Notes: a model not told the origin generated them from the letters alone. Numbered from the stretch's first letter, positions 1-12,244 are shown. The stretch: 42,500 nucleotides of DNA from an uncultured Lachnospiraceae bacterium (GCA_947589175.1 CANPZR010000001.1:1-42500), one strand, 5' to 3'. A program made the numbers and translations.

Positions 1-3000
1 AGCATTGAGGTACACGGGTTTAAATCCTTTGCCAATAAGCTGATTTTTGAATTTCACAACGGAATCACCGGAATCGTCGGCCCCAACGGCAGCGGCAAGA
101 GCAACGTGGCGGACGCGGTGCGCTGGGTGTTAGGCGAGCAGAGCGCCAAGCAGCTGCGGGGCGCGAGCATGCAGGACGTGATTTTTTCCGGTACGGAGAT
201 GCGAAAGCCGCAGAGCTACGCCTATGTGGCGCTTACCATTTCCAATGAGGACCATCAGCTGAATCTCCCCTATGAGGAAGTCCAGGTGGCGCGGAAGGTG
301 TATCGGTCCGGAGAGAGCGAATATCTTCTCAACGGGACCACCTGCCGGTTAAAGGATGTGCAGGAACTATTTTTCGACACAGGTATTGGCAAGGAGGGCT
401 ATTCCATCATTGGACAGGGCCAGATTGACAAAATCCTGAGCGGCAAGCCGGAGGACCGGCGGGAACTGTTTGACGAGGCGGCCGGTATCGTCAAATTCAA
501 AAAGAGAAAGGCGACGGCGGAGAAAAATCTGGAGGCGGAGGCGCAGAATCTGCTGCGCATTCAGGACATTTTATCCGAATTAGAAAAGCAGGTGGGGCCT
601 CTGGAGGAGCAGTCCAAAAAGGCGAGGGAGTATCTGAACCTGCGAGAGCAGCTCAAGCGATATGAGATCAGCCTGTTCCGCATGGACTACGAGAGCTTAC
701 AGGAAGAAATCAAGGAAATCGAGGGACATATAGAAAATACGAAAAAAGAGCTGGAGGAGGCCAAGGAGGAGAAGGAGCAGTCCAAGGCACAGTACGAGGA
801 AATCGAGGGGACCATCGGGGAGTTCGATCGGTCGTTAGAGAGAAAGAAAGAAAAGGTCAACCAGAACCGGCTTCTCGCGACCAATTTTGACAGCGAAGTC
901 CGGGTTATGAAGGAGAAAATCGCGGCGGCGGCCCAGGGAAAAGAATACTACAAAGAGAGGACGGACGCCCTGCAGGCCTCGAAGGAGGAGACGGAGAGCG
1001 AGCTGGCCGGTTACAGGGAAGAGCAGAAGACCGCGCTTGCCGGTCTGGAGAACATGCAGCAGGCGGAGACGGAGAAGCAAAAAGTCCTGACGGATCTGGA
1101 AAAGGAGATACTGGAGAAGGAAATTTTCCTTAACGAGCAGAACGACCGGATTATCCAGTCCATGAACACTTCCTCCCAGATTACGGTCGAGCGGCAGAAG
1201 GCAAAATCCATGCTCGAGCAGAATAACCTAAAGCGCGTGGAGCTGAATCAGAAGATTCTGACGAACAAGTCCCAGCTCACCGGCGCCGAGGAGGAGATGG
1301 AGCGGGAGAAGCAGGCGCTCCAGGCGGCAAAAAAGGAGCTGGATAAAGAGTACGTGGCGCGAAAGGAGCTGCTGCGCAGGGCCGACGAAAAGAGAGGCGA
1401 AATCCAGAAGCTCCAGCAGAAGCAGCAGGAGATTGAGAAGCGCTACCACATGGAAAATTCCCGGCGGGATACGCTGAGAAATATGGCGGAGCGCTACGAC
1501 GGCTACGGACAGAGCATCCGCCGGGTCATGGAGCAGAGGGAGAAAAATCCGGGACTTCTCGGCGTCGTGGCGGATATTATCCAGGTAGATAAAAAATATG
1601 AGCTGGCGGTGGAGACCGCGCTCGGGGGCAACATCCAGAACATTGTCACAGAGGATGAGCATGTAGCAAAGAAGATGATTGAATTTCTGAAAAAAAACCG
1701 CTTTGGGCGCGCTACGTTCTTACCCCTGACGACGGTGTCTCCGGGGCGGGACCGCTTTTTCAGCGACGAGGTGCTGGCCGAGGACGGCGTGCTCGGCAAT
1801 GTGGCTTCTCATGTGACACGGGATAAGAAATACGACAAGGTTGTGGAGTATCTGCTGGGGCGTTTTCTGCTTGTGGATACGTTGGACCGGGCTCTGGCCA
1901 TCAACCGGAAATACAGACATTCCCTGCGGATTGTCACGCTGGAGGGAGAGCTCTTAAATCCGGGCGGCTCTTTGTCTGGCGGCGCGTTCAAGAACAGCAG
2001 CAATCTGTTAGGACGGCGCCGGGAGCTGGAGCAGATCGAGGAGCGGATCGGGGCAATCCAGAAAGAGCGGGAAGAAAACCGCGAACAGATAAAAGCCATT
2101 TCAGAGGAGGCGGAGAAAATTGCGGACGAGGCGGCAAAAAAGGGCGAGATCCTGAAGGAGCTGGAGATTCGGGAGAACACGGCCTCCATCAAGTACGAGC
2201 AGGCCGTACAGGTCAAGGAGCAGAAGGAGCGGGAGTACCAGTCCATCGCCCACGATGGCAAGGAGATCGAGAATCAGAAGGCTCTGCTGGAGAAGTCCCT
2301 GGATGAAATCCAGGAGAAATTGAAGAACAGCCGGGCAGAGGAGGAAAACGCCAAGGAGACCGTACAGCGCGTGTCCGGCGAGTTAGAGACCGACCACGAA
2401 AGACAGATGGCGCTGCAGGAGGAGCTGGCGGGTATCCGCCTGGAGATTTCTTCCTTCCAGCAGAAAAATAATTACATATCGGAAAATATTCACCGAATCG
2501 AGGCGAGCCTCGCGGAAATCCGGCAGGAATACGACCGTTTCATGAAGGAACAGGAGAATTCGGACAGCGCGGTGGACGAGATGAAGAAGGCCATCGCCGG
2601 GTACGAGGAAAAACAGGAGGCCATGGGAGCGGAGACGGAGCGGCTCCTGCAGGAAATCGAGGAGGAGACCCGGAAGAAAAATGAGATGATGGAGTCCCAG
2701 AAGGACTTTTTTGAAAAAAGAGACCGCCTCATGGAGCACATCAGCGAGCTCGACAAGGAGGGCTTCCGGCTGGAATCCCGCCGCGGCAACCTGGAGGAAA
2801 AGCGGGAGAGCCGGATCAACTATATGTGGAATGAGTACGAGCTCACCTACCACAGCGCCCTCGAGTACGAGATAGACGAATCCATTTCCTATACCAAGAT
2901 GAAGGCGAACGTCGGGGACACAAAGACGCGGATCAAAGAGCTGGGAGATGTGAATGTAAACGCCATTGAGGACTACAAGAGCGTCAGCGAGCGGTACGAG

Positions 3001-3552
3001 CTTCTGCGGACCCAGCGGGACGATCTGGTGGAGTCCGAGGAGGCGCTGAAAAAGATTATTCTGGACCTCGACGAGGAGATGCGCCGCCAGTTCACGGAGA
3101 AATTCGCGGACATACAAAAGCAGTTCGACAAGGTGTTCAAGGAGCTGTTCGGCGGCGGAAAGGGAACGCTGGAGTTAGTGGACGGAGAGGACGTGCTGGA
3201 CGCGGGCATTATCATCAACGCGCAGCCGCCGGGCAAAAAGCTGGGCAACATGATGCAGCTGTCGGGCGGCGAGAAGGCGCTGACCGCCATCGCGCTGTTA
3301 TTTGCCATTCAGAATCTGAAGCCGTCGCCTTTCTGCCTGCTCGATGAGATCGAGGCGGCGCTTGACGATTCCAACGTAAAGAGGTATGCTAAATATCTGC
3401 ATAAGCTGACGAAGAACACGCAGTTTATTGTCATTACCCACAGAAAGGGCACGATGGAGGCGGCGGACGTCCTGTACGGAATCACCATGCAGGAAAAAGG
3501 CGTTTCCACGCTGGTATCGGTAAAATTGATAGAGGAGCAGCTAGACGCGTAA
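1..3552 (+). CDS. smc: Chromosome segregation protein SMC (5' end just outside the window)
   Basis: Frame 1 is open from base 1: [10 protein letters not shown]...GPNGSGKSN (Walker A), long coiled coils, hinge [14 protein letters not shown] signature, [11 protein letters not shown]alker B. Confidence 0.97.
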   Translation, partial: SIEVHGFKSFANKLIFEFHNGITGIVGPNGSGKSNVADAVRWVLGEQSAKQLRGASMQDVIFSGTEMRKPQSYAYVALTISNEDHQLNLPYEEVQVARKVYRSGESEYLLNGTTCRLKDVQELFFDTGIGKEGYSIIGQGQIDKILSGKPEDRRELFDEAAGIVKFKKRKATAEKNLEAEAQNLLRIQDILSELEKQVGPLEEQSKKAREYLNLREQLKRYEISLFRMDYESLQEEIKEIEGHIENTKKELEEAKEEKEQSKAQYEEIEGTIGEFDRSLERKKEKVNQNRLLATNFDSEVRVMKEKIAAAAQGKEYYKERTDALQASKEETESELAGYREEQKTALAGLENMQQAETEKQKVLTDLEKEILEKEIFLNEQNDRIIQSMNTSSQITVERQKAKSMLEQNNLKRVELNQKILTNKSQLTGAEEEMEREKQALQAAKKELDKEYVARKELLRRADEKRGEIQKLQQKQQEIEKRYHMENSRRDTLRNMAERYDGYGQSIRRVMEQREKNPGLLGVVADIIQVDKKYELAVETALGGNIQNIVTEDEHVAKKMIEFLKKNRFGRATFLPLTTVSPGRDRFFSDEVLAEDGVLGNVASHVTRDKKYDKVVEYLLGRFLLVDTLDRALAINRKYRHSLRIVTLEGELLNPGGSLSGGAFKNSSNLLGRRRELEQIEERIGAIQKEREENREQIKAISEEAEKIADEAAKKGEILKELEIRENTASIKYEQAVQVKEQKEREYQSIAHDGKEIENQKALLEKSLDEIQEKLKNSRAEEENAKETVQRVSGELETDHERQMALQEELAGIRLEISSFQQKNNYISENIHRIEASLAEIRQEYDRFMKEQENSDSAVDEMKKAIAGYEEKQEAMGAETERLLQEIEEETRKKNEMMESQKDFFEKRDRLMEHISELDKEGFRLESRRGNLEEKRESRINYMWNEYELTYHSALEYEIDESISYTKMKANVGDTKTRIKELGDVNVNAIEDYKSVSERYELLRTQRDDLVESEEALKKIILDLDEEMRRQFTEKFADIQKQFDKVFKELFGGGKGTLELVDGEDVLDAGIIINAQPPGKKLGNMMQLSGGEKALTAIALLFAIQNLKPSPFCLLDEIEAALDDSNVKRYAKYLHKLTKNTQFIVITHRKGTMEAADVLYGITMQEKGVSTLVSVKLIEEQLDA

Positions 3553-3574
3553 ACGCTCTGGAATGGAGGAATTT

Positions 3575-4498
3575 ATGGAAGAAAAAATGGGTTTTTTTAA
3601 ACGGCTGAAAAAGGGACTCACCAAGACGAGAGATTCCTTTGTGTCCGGCGTCGATAATCTGTTCCACGGCTACTCGGAGATCGACGATGATTTCTACGAG
3701 GAGCTGGAGGAGCTCTTGGTCATGGGGGATATCGGAATCAACACCACCATGCAGATTATTGACGGATTGAAGGAAAAGGTAAAGGAAAATAAAATCAAGG
3801 AAGCGGCGGCCTGCAAGAGCCTTTTGATCGACACGATCAAGAGCCAGATGCAGGTGCACGAGGACGCCTATGAATTTTTAAACCGCCCCTCGGTGCTGCT
3901 GCTGATCGGCGTCAACGGCGTTGGAAAGACTACGAGCGTCGGAAAGTTAGCCGGGCAGTTTAAGTCTATGGGCAAAAAGGTCATTCTGGCGGCGGCGGAT
4001 ACCTTCCGCGCAGGCGCCATCGACCAGCTTAAGGAGTGGGCGAACCGCGCGGGCGTTGACATCATCGCCGGGCAGGAGGGCGCCGACCCAGCCGCCATCG
4101 TATACGACGCGGTAGCGGCCGCCAAGGCGAGAAAGGCGGACATTCTTCTGTGCGACACCGCAGGGCGCCTTCACAATAAGAAAAACCTCATGGCGGAGCT
4201 GCACAAGATCCACACGATTATCGAGAAGGAGTACCCGGAGGCGTATCTGGAAACCCTGATCGTGGTGGACGGCACCACCGGACAGAACGCGCTCGCGCAG
4301 GCGCGGGAGTTCAGCCAGGTGGCGGACGTATCCGGCATCGTGCTGACCAAGCTCGACGGCACCGCCAAGGGCGGCATCGCCATCGCCATTCAGTCGGAGT
4401 TAAATATTCCGGTGAAATATATCGGAATCGGGGAGCAGATCGGCGACCTGCAGCCCTTTGACGCAGAAGAATTTGTAAATGCCCTGTTTGAATCCTAA
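3575..4498 (+). CDS. ftsY: Signal recognition particle receptor FtsY
   Basis: [21 protein letters not shown] and [10 protein letters not shown] motifs; usual smc-ftsY synteny. Start chosen at ATG 3575 after GGAGGA (ORF track starts at 3563). Confidence 0.96.
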   Translation: MEEKMGFFKRLKKGLTKTRDSFVSGVDNLFHGYSEIDDDFYEELEELLVMGDIGINTTMQIIDGLKEKVKENKIKEAAACKSLLIDTIKSQMQVHEDAYEFLNRPSVLLLIGVNGVGKTTSVGKLAGQFKSMGKKVILAAADTFRAGAIDQLKEWANRAGVDIIAGQEGADPAAIVYDAVAAAKARKADILLCDTAGRLHNKKNLMAELHKIHTIIEKEYPEAYLETLIVVDGTTGQNALAQAREFSQVADVSGIVLTKLDGTAKGGIAIAIQSELNIPVKYIGIGEQIGDLQPFDAEEFVNALFES

Positions 4499-4518
4499 TA
4501 GAAAGGTTGTGCAAGAAA

Positions 4519-5739
4519 ATGATAACATTAGAGCAGTTTGAAAAAGCGAGCGAGGCGGTGGAGAAGGTCATTCTCCCCACCAACCTGATGTACAGCGAGT
4601 ATTACAGCGCCCAGACGGGCGGAAAAATTTATCTGAAGCCGGAAAATATGCAGTACACCGGCGCGTATAAGGTTCGGGGCGCCTACTACAAGATCAGCAC
4701 GCTCTCCGAGGAGGAGAGGCAGAAGGGGCTGATCACGGCGTCCGCGGGCAACCACGCCCAGGGCGTCGCCTACGCGGCAAAGCTCTTTGGGGCGAAGGCG
4801 GTCATCGTCATGCCCAACACCACGCCGCTCATCAAGGTCAACCGCACTAAGAGCTACGGGGCGGAGGTAGTGCTGTACGGAGACGTGTACGACGACGCCT
4901 GCGAGCACGCGCTGAAGCTTGCCGAGGAGAACGGCTATACCTTTATTCACCCCTTTGACGACGAGGTGGTCGCCACGGGACAGGGCTCCATCGCGATGGA
5001 GATTATCAAGGAGCTCCCCACGGTGGACATGATTCTCGCGCCGGTGGGCGGCGGCGGCCTGATCTGCGGCGTGTCCACGCTTGCGAAGCTCTTGAATCCC
5101 AATATCAAGGTAATCGGCGTCGAGCCGGCGGGAGCCAGCTGTATGAAGGCGTCCTTAGAGGCCGGAAAGGTGGTCTCCCTGCCGAAGGTAAACACCATCG
5201 CGGACGGCACGGCGGTAAAGACGCCGGGCGAGCACATTTTCCCCTATATTCAGAAAAATGTGGACGAGATCGTGACGGTGGACGACCACGACCTGATCGT
5301 TAACTTCTTAGACGTGGTGGAAAATCACAAGATGATCGTGGAAAATTCCGGACTTCTCTCGGTGGCCGCCCTGAAGCAGATCGACTGCCGGGGCAAAAAG
5401 GTCGTCTGCATTTTGAGCGGCGGCAACATGGACGTGATCACGATGTCGTCCGTCGTCCAGCACGGCCTGATCCAGAGGGGGCGCGTATTTACCATCAGCG
5501 TCCAGCTCCCGGACCGACCGGGCGAGCTTCTGCATGTGGCGGATGTGATCGCGCGGACGCAGGGCAATATTATCCGCCTCGAGCACAACCAGTTCGTGAG
5601 CATCAACCGCAACGCGGCCGTAGAGCTGAAAATTACGATGGAGGCATTTGGCAACGAGCACAAGCAGTCCATTGTGGACGAGTTGGAAAAGGCGGGGTAC
5701 GCTCCCAGGCTCGAGCAGCCCACCGCGGTCTACCAGTAA
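4519..5739 (+). CDS. ilvA: Threonine ammonia-lyase with C-terminal ACT domain
   Basis: KPENMQYTGAYKVRGA PLP-lysine motif, ASAGNHAQG, PVGGGGL, LSGGN, ACT-like LPDRPGEL. Confidence 0.92.
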   Translation: MITLEQFEKASEAVEKVILPTNLMYSEYYSAQTGGKIYLKPENMQYTGAYKVRGAYYKISTLSEEERQKGLITASAGNHAQGVAYAAKLFGAKAVIVMPNTTPLIKVNRTKSYGAEVVLYGDVYDDACEHALKLAEENGYTFIHPFDDEVVATGQGSIAMEIIKELPTVDMILAPVGGGGLICGVSTLAKLLNPNIKVIGVEPAGASCMKASLEAGKVVSLPKVNTIADGTAVKTPGEHIFPYIQKNVDEIVTVDDHDLIVNFLDVVENHKMIVENSGLLSVAALKQIDCRGKKVVCILSGGNMDVITMSSVVQHGLIQRGRVFTISVQLPDRPGELLHVADVIARTQGNIIRLEHNQFVSINRNAAVELKITMEAFGNEHKQSIVDELEKAGYAPRLEQPTAVYQ

Positions 5740-5772
5740 AATCACAAGCCCTTTCAGGAAAGGAGAACCGAT

Positions 5773-7005
5773 ATGGAAAATACATATCAGAAATCACTTT
5801 TATTTACCCCGGAGGGGGTGCGGGACATCTACGGCGAGGACTGCGAAAAGCGCTACAAGATTCAGAAGGAGCTGCACCGCGCCATGAAATTGTACGGTTT
5901 TAAGGATATACAGACGCCGACCTTTGAATTTTTCGATATTTTCAACCGTCAGCGGGGCACGGTCAATTCGCGGGAAATGTTCAAATTTTTCGACCAGTAC
6001 AACAACACGCTGGTCCTTCGTCCCGATATTACTCCGTCCATCGCCAGATGCGTGGCGAAATATTATGGGGACGAGGATATGCAGATTCGTCTCTGCTATA
6101 CCGGAAACACATTTATCCACCGCAGCGGCTATCAGGGGAAATTATCCGAGATAACACAGGTAGGGGCGGAGCTGATGAACGACGACTCCTCCGACGCGGA
6201 CGGCGAGATGATCGCCATGACCATCGAGTGCCTGTTGAAATCCGGGCTCAAAGATTTCAAGGTGGACGTGGGGCACGCGGGGCTGTTCCGCGGGCTGGCG
6301 GCAGAGGCGCGGCTGACGGAGGAGGAGATCGAGCAGATCAAGGTCTATCTGACGAATAAAAATATTTTCGCCGTGGAAGACATGATGGAGAAAAAGGATA
6401 TTCCCGCCGCCTGCAAGGAGCTTCTGACGGGGCTGCCGGATCTGTTCGGCGGGCTGGAGACGATTCTATCGGCCAAGGAAAGGACCGGGAACCCGGAGGC
6501 GCTGGAGGCGCTTGACCGGCTGGAAAAGCTGTATCATATTCTGGAGACATATGATATGTTAGAGCATGTCACCTTCGATCTGGGGATGCTCTCGCACTAT
6601 GAATACTACACCGGCGTCATTTTCAAGGCGTACAGCTATGGGACGGGAGACGCCATTGTCACGGGGGGACGCTACGACAATCTGGTGGAGCAGTTCGGCA
6701 AGAAAACGCCGGCCATCGGCCTGGCGTTCGTGCTCGATGAGCTGATGGCGGCGCTGCAGAGCCAGCAGGTGGAAATCGAGGCGAAGGAATCCGATATTCT
6801 GATTTTGTACCGGTCCGCCAACCGCGAAAAGGCCATTTCCCTGTGTCACGATCTGCGCATGGAGAACCACTCCGTGCGGCTGATGCGCAAGAACGCGCAG
6901 ACGCCGCTAGACGCCTACAAAAAGTACGGACGCCGCAACGAGGTGTCGTCCATTCTCTACATCGACGACACCGGAGAGGTGACGGAATTTGACTTAAATG
7001 CCTGA
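5773..7005 (+). CDS. hisZ: ATP phosphoribosyltransferase regulatory subunit
   Basis: HisRS-like TPEGVRD, LRPDITPSIAR, YYTGVIF and GGRYD motifs; lies directly upstream of a short-form hisG. Confidence 0.93.
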   Translation: MENTYQKSLLFTPEGVRDIYGEDCEKRYKIQKELHRAMKLYGFKDIQTPTFEFFDIFNRQRGTVNSREMFKFFDQYNNTLVLRPDITPSIARCVAKYYGDEDMQIRLCYTGNTFIHRSGYQGKLSEITQVGAELMNDDSSDADGEMIAMTIECLLKSGLKDFKVDVGHAGLFRGLAAEARLTEEEIEQIKVYLTNKNIFAVEDMMEKKDIPAACKELLTGLPDLFGGLETILSAKERTGNPEALEALDRLEKLYHILETYDMLEHVTFDLGMLSHYEYYTGVIFKAYSYGTGDAIVTGGRYDNLVEQFGKKTPAIGLAFVLDELMAALQSQQVEIEAKESDILILYRSANREKAISLCHDLRMENHSVRLMRKNAQTPLDAYKKYGRRNEVSSILYIDDTGEVTEFDLNA

Positions 7006-7021
7006 GGAGGAAATCAGACCT

Positions 7022-7660
7022 ATGAGATATATAACCATTGCCTTAGCTAAGGGGCGCCTGGCAAAGCAGACGCTCGCGCTGCTTGAGCAGACCGGCATTA
7101 CCTGTGAGGAAATGAAGGACAAGGAGACCAGAAAGCTCATTTTTGTCAACGAGGAGCTGGGGCTGAAATTTTTCCTGTCCAAGACGTCGGACGTGCCTAC
7201 CTATGTGGAGTACGGCGCGGCGGATATCGGCGTGGTGGGGAGCGATACGATTATGGAGGAGGGGAGAAAGGTGTTAGAGGTGCTGGATCTCGGCCTCGGA
7301 AAATGCGATATGTGCGTGGCAGGGCCCGCCAGCGCGAGGGAGCTCCTGAAAAAAAACCAGGTGATCCGGGTGGCATCCAAATACCCCAAAATTGCCAAGG
7401 ACTATTTTTATAATAAAAAGCACCAGACCGTGGAGATCATCAAGCTGAACGGCTCGGTCGAGCTGGCGCCCATCGTGGGGCTGTCGGAGGTCATTGTGGA
7501 CATCGTGGAGACCGGCTCCACCCTCCGCGCTAACGGGCTGGAGGTGCTGGAGAAGATCTGCCCGCTGTCCGCACGGGTTATTGTCAACGAGGCCAGCATG
7601 AAGCTGCAGCGGGAGCGGATTACGAAGATTGTGAAGGATTTAAAGCAGGCGCTGGGTTAA
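7022..7660 (+). CDS. hisG: ATP phosphoribosyltransferase, short form
   Basis: IALAKGRL, DVPTYVEYGAADIGVVG, GSVELAP and DIVETGSTLRANGL motifs; RBS GAGGAGG at about 7004. Confidence 0.95.
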   Translation: MRYITIALAKGRLAKQTLALLEQTGITCEEMKDKETRKLIFVNEELGLKFFLSKTSDVPTYVEYGAADIGVVGSDTIMEEGRKVLEVLDLGLGKCDMCVAGPASARELLKKNQVIRVASKYPKIAKDYFYNKKHQTVEIIKLNGSVELAPIVGLSEVIVDIVETGSTLRANGLEVLEKICPLSARVIVNEASMKLQRERITKIVKDLKQALG

Positions 7661-7755
7661 ATGCCGGCGCAAGGGCAGGCTTGTGAGAATAATTGTATTA
7701 AAATTTACGGCAGGCGCGCTGCTTTACGCCATATACAGGAAAGGACGGATTGATT

Positions 7756-9057
7756 ATGCGAATAATTCCACTGACGGAGGATTCGAGGAAGAATATTTTG
7801 GAGGATCTGCTGAAGCGGAGCCCGAATAATTATGACCAGTATCAGGACAAGGTAAACGCCATTCTGGCGGACGTGAGAGAGCGGGGGGACGAGGCGGTCC
7901 TCGACTACACGGAGAAGTTTGACGGCGTGAGGCTTGCGCCGGAGTCGCTGCACGTCACGCAGGCGGAAATCGACGAGGCGTATGCGCAGGTGGAGCCGGG
8001 ACTGATTGAAATACTGAAAAAATCCCTGGCAAATATCCGTGATTTTCACGAAAAACAGGTGCACAACAGCTGGTTTACGACCAGAGAGGACGGCGTGCTT
8101 TTAGGGCAGAAAATCACGCCGATGGAGAGCGTGGGCGTCTATGTGCCGGGCGGAAAGGCCGCCTATCCGTCCAGTGTGCTGATGAATATTATTCCGGCCA
8201 AGGTGGCGGGCGTGAAGCGCATCGTCATGGTGACGCCGCCGGGAAAGGACGGCAAGGTCAACAACCCGGTGACGCTTGTCGCCGCGCACCTCGCGGGAGC
8301 TACGGACGTCATTAAGGTGGGAGGCGCCCAGGCGGTGGCCGCCCTCGCCTACGGGACGAAATCTATTCAGAAGGTCGATAAAATCACCGGCCCCGGAAAT
8401 ATTTTCGTGGCGTTGGCGAAAAAGGCCGTGTACGGTCATGTGGGCATCGACTCCATCGCAGGTCCCAGCGAGATTCTCGTGCTGGCGGACGAGACGGCCA
8501 ATCCCCGCTATGTGGCGGCGGATCTTCTCTCCCAGGCGGAGCACGACGAGCTCGCGTCCGCCATACTGGTGACCACGAGCCGCGAGCTGGCGGAGAAGGT
8601 GTCCGAGCTGACGGAGCAGTTCACGGCGCAGCTGTCGAGAAGGGAAATCATTCAGAAATCCCTGGAGAATTTCGGCTATATTCTCGTGGCTGAAAATATG
8701 GACGACGCGATCCAGACCGTGAACGATATCGCCTCCGAGCACCTGGAAATCCTCACCGCGAACCCGTTCGACACGATGACGAGGGTTCATAACGCGGGCG
8801 CTATTTTTTTAGGGGAATACAGCAGCGAGCCGCTGGGAGATTACTTCGCCGGGCCGAACCATGTGCTCCCCACCAACGGGACCGCCAAGTTCTCGTCCCC
8901 GCTGAATGTGGACGATTTTGTGAAGAAATCCAGCGTGATCTCGTATTCCAGAGAGGCGCTGGAGGCGGCGCATAGGGATATTATTCAGTTCGCGGAGGCG
9001 GAGCGGCTCACGGCGCACGCGAATAGTATTGCCGTGCGGTTTTCAGAAGATAGATAA
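7756..9057 (+). CDS. hisD: Histidinol dehydrogenase
   Basis: GVYVPGGKAAYPSS, GPGNIFV, AGPSE, DLLSQAEHD and GDYFAGPNHVLPT motifs. Confidence 0.97.
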   Translation: MRIIPLTEDSRKNILEDLLKRSPNNYDQYQDKVNAILADVRERGDEAVLDYTEKFDGVRLAPESLHVTQAEIDEAYAQVEPGLIEILKKSLANIRDFHEKQVHNSWFTTREDGVLLGQKITPMESVGVYVPGGKAAYPSSVLMNIIPAKVAGVKRIVMVTPPGKDGKVNNPVTLVAAHLAGATDVIKVGGAQAVAALAYGTKSIQKVDKITGPGNIFVALAKKAVYGHVGIDSIAGPSEILVLADETANPRYVAADLLSQAEHDELASAILVTTSRELAEKVSELTEQFTAQLSRREIIQKSLENFGYILVAENMDDAIQTVNDIASEHLEILTANPFDTMTRVHNAGAIFLGEYSSEPLGDYFAGPNHVLPTNGTAKFSSPLNVDDFVKKSSVISYSREALEAAHRDIIQFAEAERLTAHANSIAVRFSEDR

Positions 9058-9128
9058 GTAAGAATATTTTAATGAAATGGGGGCAGTGTGAACAATCACG
9101 CTGATGCGCTCCGGAATGGAGGATAAAG

Positions 9129-10841
9129 ATGAAAAAACCAGCAGAAAAAATAGGAGCGGCCATCCTGGCGGTGGCGCTGTTATTTACGCTGACGCCGGGG
9201 CAGGCGCCCTTGACGGCCCGCGCCGCGTCGGATACTGAAAAAAACACGGAAACCGGCAGACAGATTGTCCGGGGAATTGAGGTTCCGGAGGGAACTCTCG
9301 AAGATTTATTAATGGGATCATCTGCGGATGGATCGGAAGGTTCTTCTATAGATGAGACTGTGGGTGAATCCGGGAATTTTTCCATGGAGAAGGATCCTGA
9401 CATATTGTCGAAGGATGGATTTTTATCCGGCAGCGCTATGTCAAGTGAGACATCACCCAGTGAGGAAGTTCTGGAAACGGTTTCCTACATCAACGACTGC
9501 AGCACGGATTACGCCTACAAAAAACTGGGGGAATTGACCGGCGGCGCCGCCATGCAGAAATTGTACACGCGGATTCTCAATGTCATGGTGAAGGTGTATC
9601 TGTCGGAGAAGGATCTGGAGGCGCAGGAATTTCCCATAGACGGAGTCATCGAGACTTATTATTACGCGGGCATGGTCTCCTATGAGGGAGTGGATGAGAG
9701 CAATCTGATGACCGTGTACGAGAGCGTGCTGATGGATCACCCGCTGTTCTTTTTTATGCTCAATGAATATCTCTACGAGGATGGAAAGATGTGCCTGCTA
9801 GCCTTTCCGGAATTTTACGAGGGAAGCGTGCGCCAGCTGTGCAAGGAGAAAATTAATGACGTGATTCTTGGCTTTGAGCAGGGGGCGGCGGGCCTGACGT
9901 CGAATTATGACATTGTAAAATATGTGCACGACGCCATAGCGGCCGAGGTCGATTATGCCAGGGATATATATGGTTTTCCCGAGACCAGCCCCTATGTTTA
10001 CGGCATGGCCGGATATGTGTCGGATAATAAGAGAGTGGTCTGCGAGGGCTACGCCGAGACCATGGCTGCCGCGCTGAATTATCTGGATATTGAAAATGTG
10101 ATCGCCACCGGTTGGGGCGTGGCCAGCGGGCAGCCTACTTACGACTCGGACGCCCATGCCTGGAATATGGTGAAACTGGGGGACGGCAATTTTTACCATG
10201 TGGACGTCACATGGGACGACCAGGAATATGGCACAATCTACGATTATTTTTGCGTGGGAAACGAAATTTTTGACAGCCACAGCATAATCTGGAACGGCGG
10301 ACAGAACGGGATTATTTATGAGATTCCGGAGACGCCGGACGCGAATTTCGCGGGCGAGGATACGATTCTGAAAGCCGAGGATCCCGCTTTTCAGTATGAC
10401 GAGGACACCGGGCTTTCGGATGAAAACGCAGGAGGGGACGGCGACAGCTCCGATGTGCAGGACAGTGAGAATCCGGACGATATTCAGGATAATGTTTCGG
10501 ACGAAGACCAGCCGACTGGCCCGGAGCAGCCGAATTCTGTGGTAAAGGTGAAAAAGGCGGTCATTTCTTCCGTAAAAAATAAGAAAAAGAAAAGTTTCCA
10601 GGTCCAGTGGAAAGCGGTAGACGGCGCGGAAGGATACCGGATTACATATGCCACAAACAAAAAACTTACCAAGGGCAAAAAGAAAATTTTCGCCCGTGAG
10701 ACGGAGAGCTCCCGGACCGTTAAAAAACTGAAAAAGGGCAAGACCTATTACGTCAAAGTGCAGGCCTATAAGACGGATTCCGCGGGGAAAAGGGTGTTCG
10801 GTGGCTGTAAAAAAATCATGAAAGTGAAGATAAAAAAATAG
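9129..10841 (+). CDS. Secreted transglutaminase-like (Cys-His-Asp) protein with Lys-rich FN3-like C-terminal domain
   Basis: Signal peptide; VCEGYA / HAWNMV / HVDVTWDD triad motifs; acidic linker; C-terminal VQWKAVDGAEGY...YYVKVQAY. Confidence 0.8.
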   Translation: MKKPAEKIGAAILAVALLFTLTPGQAPLTARAASDTEKNTETGRQIVRGIEVPEGTLEDLLMGSSADGSEGSSIDETVGESGNFSMEKDPDILSKDGFLSGSAMSSETSPSEEVLETVSYINDCSTDYAYKKLGELTGGAAMQKLYTRILNVMVKVYLSEKDLEAQEFPIDGVIETYYYAGMVSYEGVDESNLMTVYESVLMDHPLFFFMLNEYLYEDGKMCLLAFPEFYEGSVRQLCKEKINDVILGFEQGAAGLTSNYDIVKYVHDAIAAEVDYARDIYGFPETSPYVYGMAGYVSDNKRVVCEGYAETMAAALNYLDIENVIATGWGVASGQPTYDSDAHAWNMVKLGDGNFYHVDVTWDDQEYGTIYDYFCVGNEIFDSHSIIWNGGQNGIIYEIPETPDANFAGEDTILKAEDPAFQYDEDTGLSDENAGGDGDSSDVQDSENPDDIQDNVSDEDQPTGPEQPNSVVKVKKAVISSVKNKKKKSFQVQWKAVDGAEGYRITYATNKKLTKGKKKIFARETESSRTVKKLKKGKTYYVKVQAYKTDSAGKRVFGGCKKIMKVKIKK

Positions 10842-11008
10842 ATGGTCTTATCTGCAAAAAGGGAGCCGCTAGGAGCACGAAATATATTTTTAATAATTTT
10901 CTGTTCAAAGATTAGATTCTTTTGGCATCCGCAGTATAATGATGTAGTCGAAGCGAACTTTATTTGCTCTGAAATGGAGGAGCGTAAAAGCTCCGGAAGG
11001 AGGAAGAC

Positions 11009-12103
11009 ATGAATTTTACCAAAAAATGCAAGGAGATGGCACCGGGAATTCTGCTGTGCGTGGTCATAGCGGCGGCAGCTACGTTTCTTTCCGGGCTGCA
11101 AATCGGGAGCTTTTCCCTGGAGGTAGTGGGCGCGCCGGTGTTCGCGATTTTGATCGGCATGGTGATTACGCTGATTGTTCCGTCGCTTGCGGGAAAGGAC
11201 GCCATGAAAGGCGGCATCAAATTTACATCAAAAAAAATCCTGCAGTGGGCGGTGATCATCCTGGGATTTTCGCTGAATCTGGGCACGATTGCCAGCGTGG
11301 GGAGCAAGAGTCTGCCGGTGATCGTCTCCACCATATCCATATCGCTGATTGTGTCGTATCTGATGATGAAGGCGCTGCGCATGGATTCCAAGGTGTCCAC
11401 GCTGATCGGCGTGGGATCGTCCATCTGCGGCGGCTCGGCCATTGCGGCCACGGCGCCGGTCATTGACGCGGACGACCGGGAGGTGGCGCAGTCCATTTCC
11501 GTCATCTTTCTGTTCAATGTGCTGGCGGCGCTGATTTTCCCGGCATTCGGCCACGCCATCGGATTTGGTTCCGAGGGCTTCGCGGTCTTTGCGGGGACGG
11601 CGGTCAACGACACGTCCTCGGTGACGGCGGCGGCCTCCACGGCGGAGAGCATTTACGGCGTGGACGGGATTTTGTCCGCCGCGGTGACGGTAAAGCTGAC
11701 CCGGACGCTCGCCATTATTCCGATTACGCTCGTTCTGGCGTTCTATCGGACGGCCAAGGCGAAAAAGAGCGGCGGCGAGGGCGGCAGCTTTTCCGTGAAG
11801 GAGATATTCCCGTTCTTTATTCTGTACTTTATCGCGGCGTCAGTGATTACGACGGTCATGGGACTGCTCCCGGACAATGGCCTGACGGCGTTTTACGCGG
11901 GACAGTTTGTGCCCGCCATGAAGTGGCTGGCGAAATTTTTTATCGCCATGGCCATGTGCGCGATCGGACTCAACACCAACCTGATCGATCTGGTGAAAAA
12001 GGGCGGCAAGCCGATTATCATGGGACTCTGCTGCTGGGCGTCCATCACGGCCGTATCTATCGGGGTGCAGCTTTTGACGGGTATTTTTTACACCAATCTG
12101 TAG
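11009..12103 (+). CDS. YeiH/UPF0324-family (putative sulfate exporter) membrane protein
   Basis: Polytopic hydrophobic protein with GSSICGGSAIAATAP, AGTAVNDTSSV and VKLTRTL motifs. Confidence 0.88.
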   Translation: MNFTKKCKEMAPGILLCVVIAAAATFLSGLQIGSFSLEVVGAPVFAILIGMVITLIVPSLAGKDAMKGGIKFTSKKILQWAVIILGFSLNLGTIASVGSKSLPVIVSTISISLIVSYLMMKALRMDSKVSTLIGVGSSICGGSAIAATAPVIDADDREVAQSISVIFLFNVLAALIFPAFGHAIGFGSEGFAVFAGTAVNDTSSVTAAASTAESIYGVDGILSAAVTVKLTRTLAIIPITLVLAFYRTAKAKKSGGEGGSFSVKEIFPFFILYFIAASVITTVMGLLPDNGLTAFYAGQFVPAMKWLAKFFIAMAMCAIGLNTNLIDLVKKGGKPIIMGLCCWASITAVSIGVQLLTGIFYTNL

Positions 12104-12166
12104 ATCGGAATCTGCGCGCTGCTTTAAGCTCCGCGCTGCCAGGGTCTCGATGCTTGAAAACAACAG

Positions 12167-12195
12167 TTTCCATATTGATTGAACTGTGGTATAAT
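12167..12195 (+). promoter_or_regulatory. Putative sigma-A promoter of the LRR gene
   Basis: TTTCCA-N17-TATAAT with extended TG; overlaps a short ACAGTT...AACTGT dyad. Confidence 0.5.
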
Positions 12196-12244
12196 ATAAT
12201 TCTGTAACAAGTTGTTTGGGCGATGATAAAAGGGGGGATCTGCC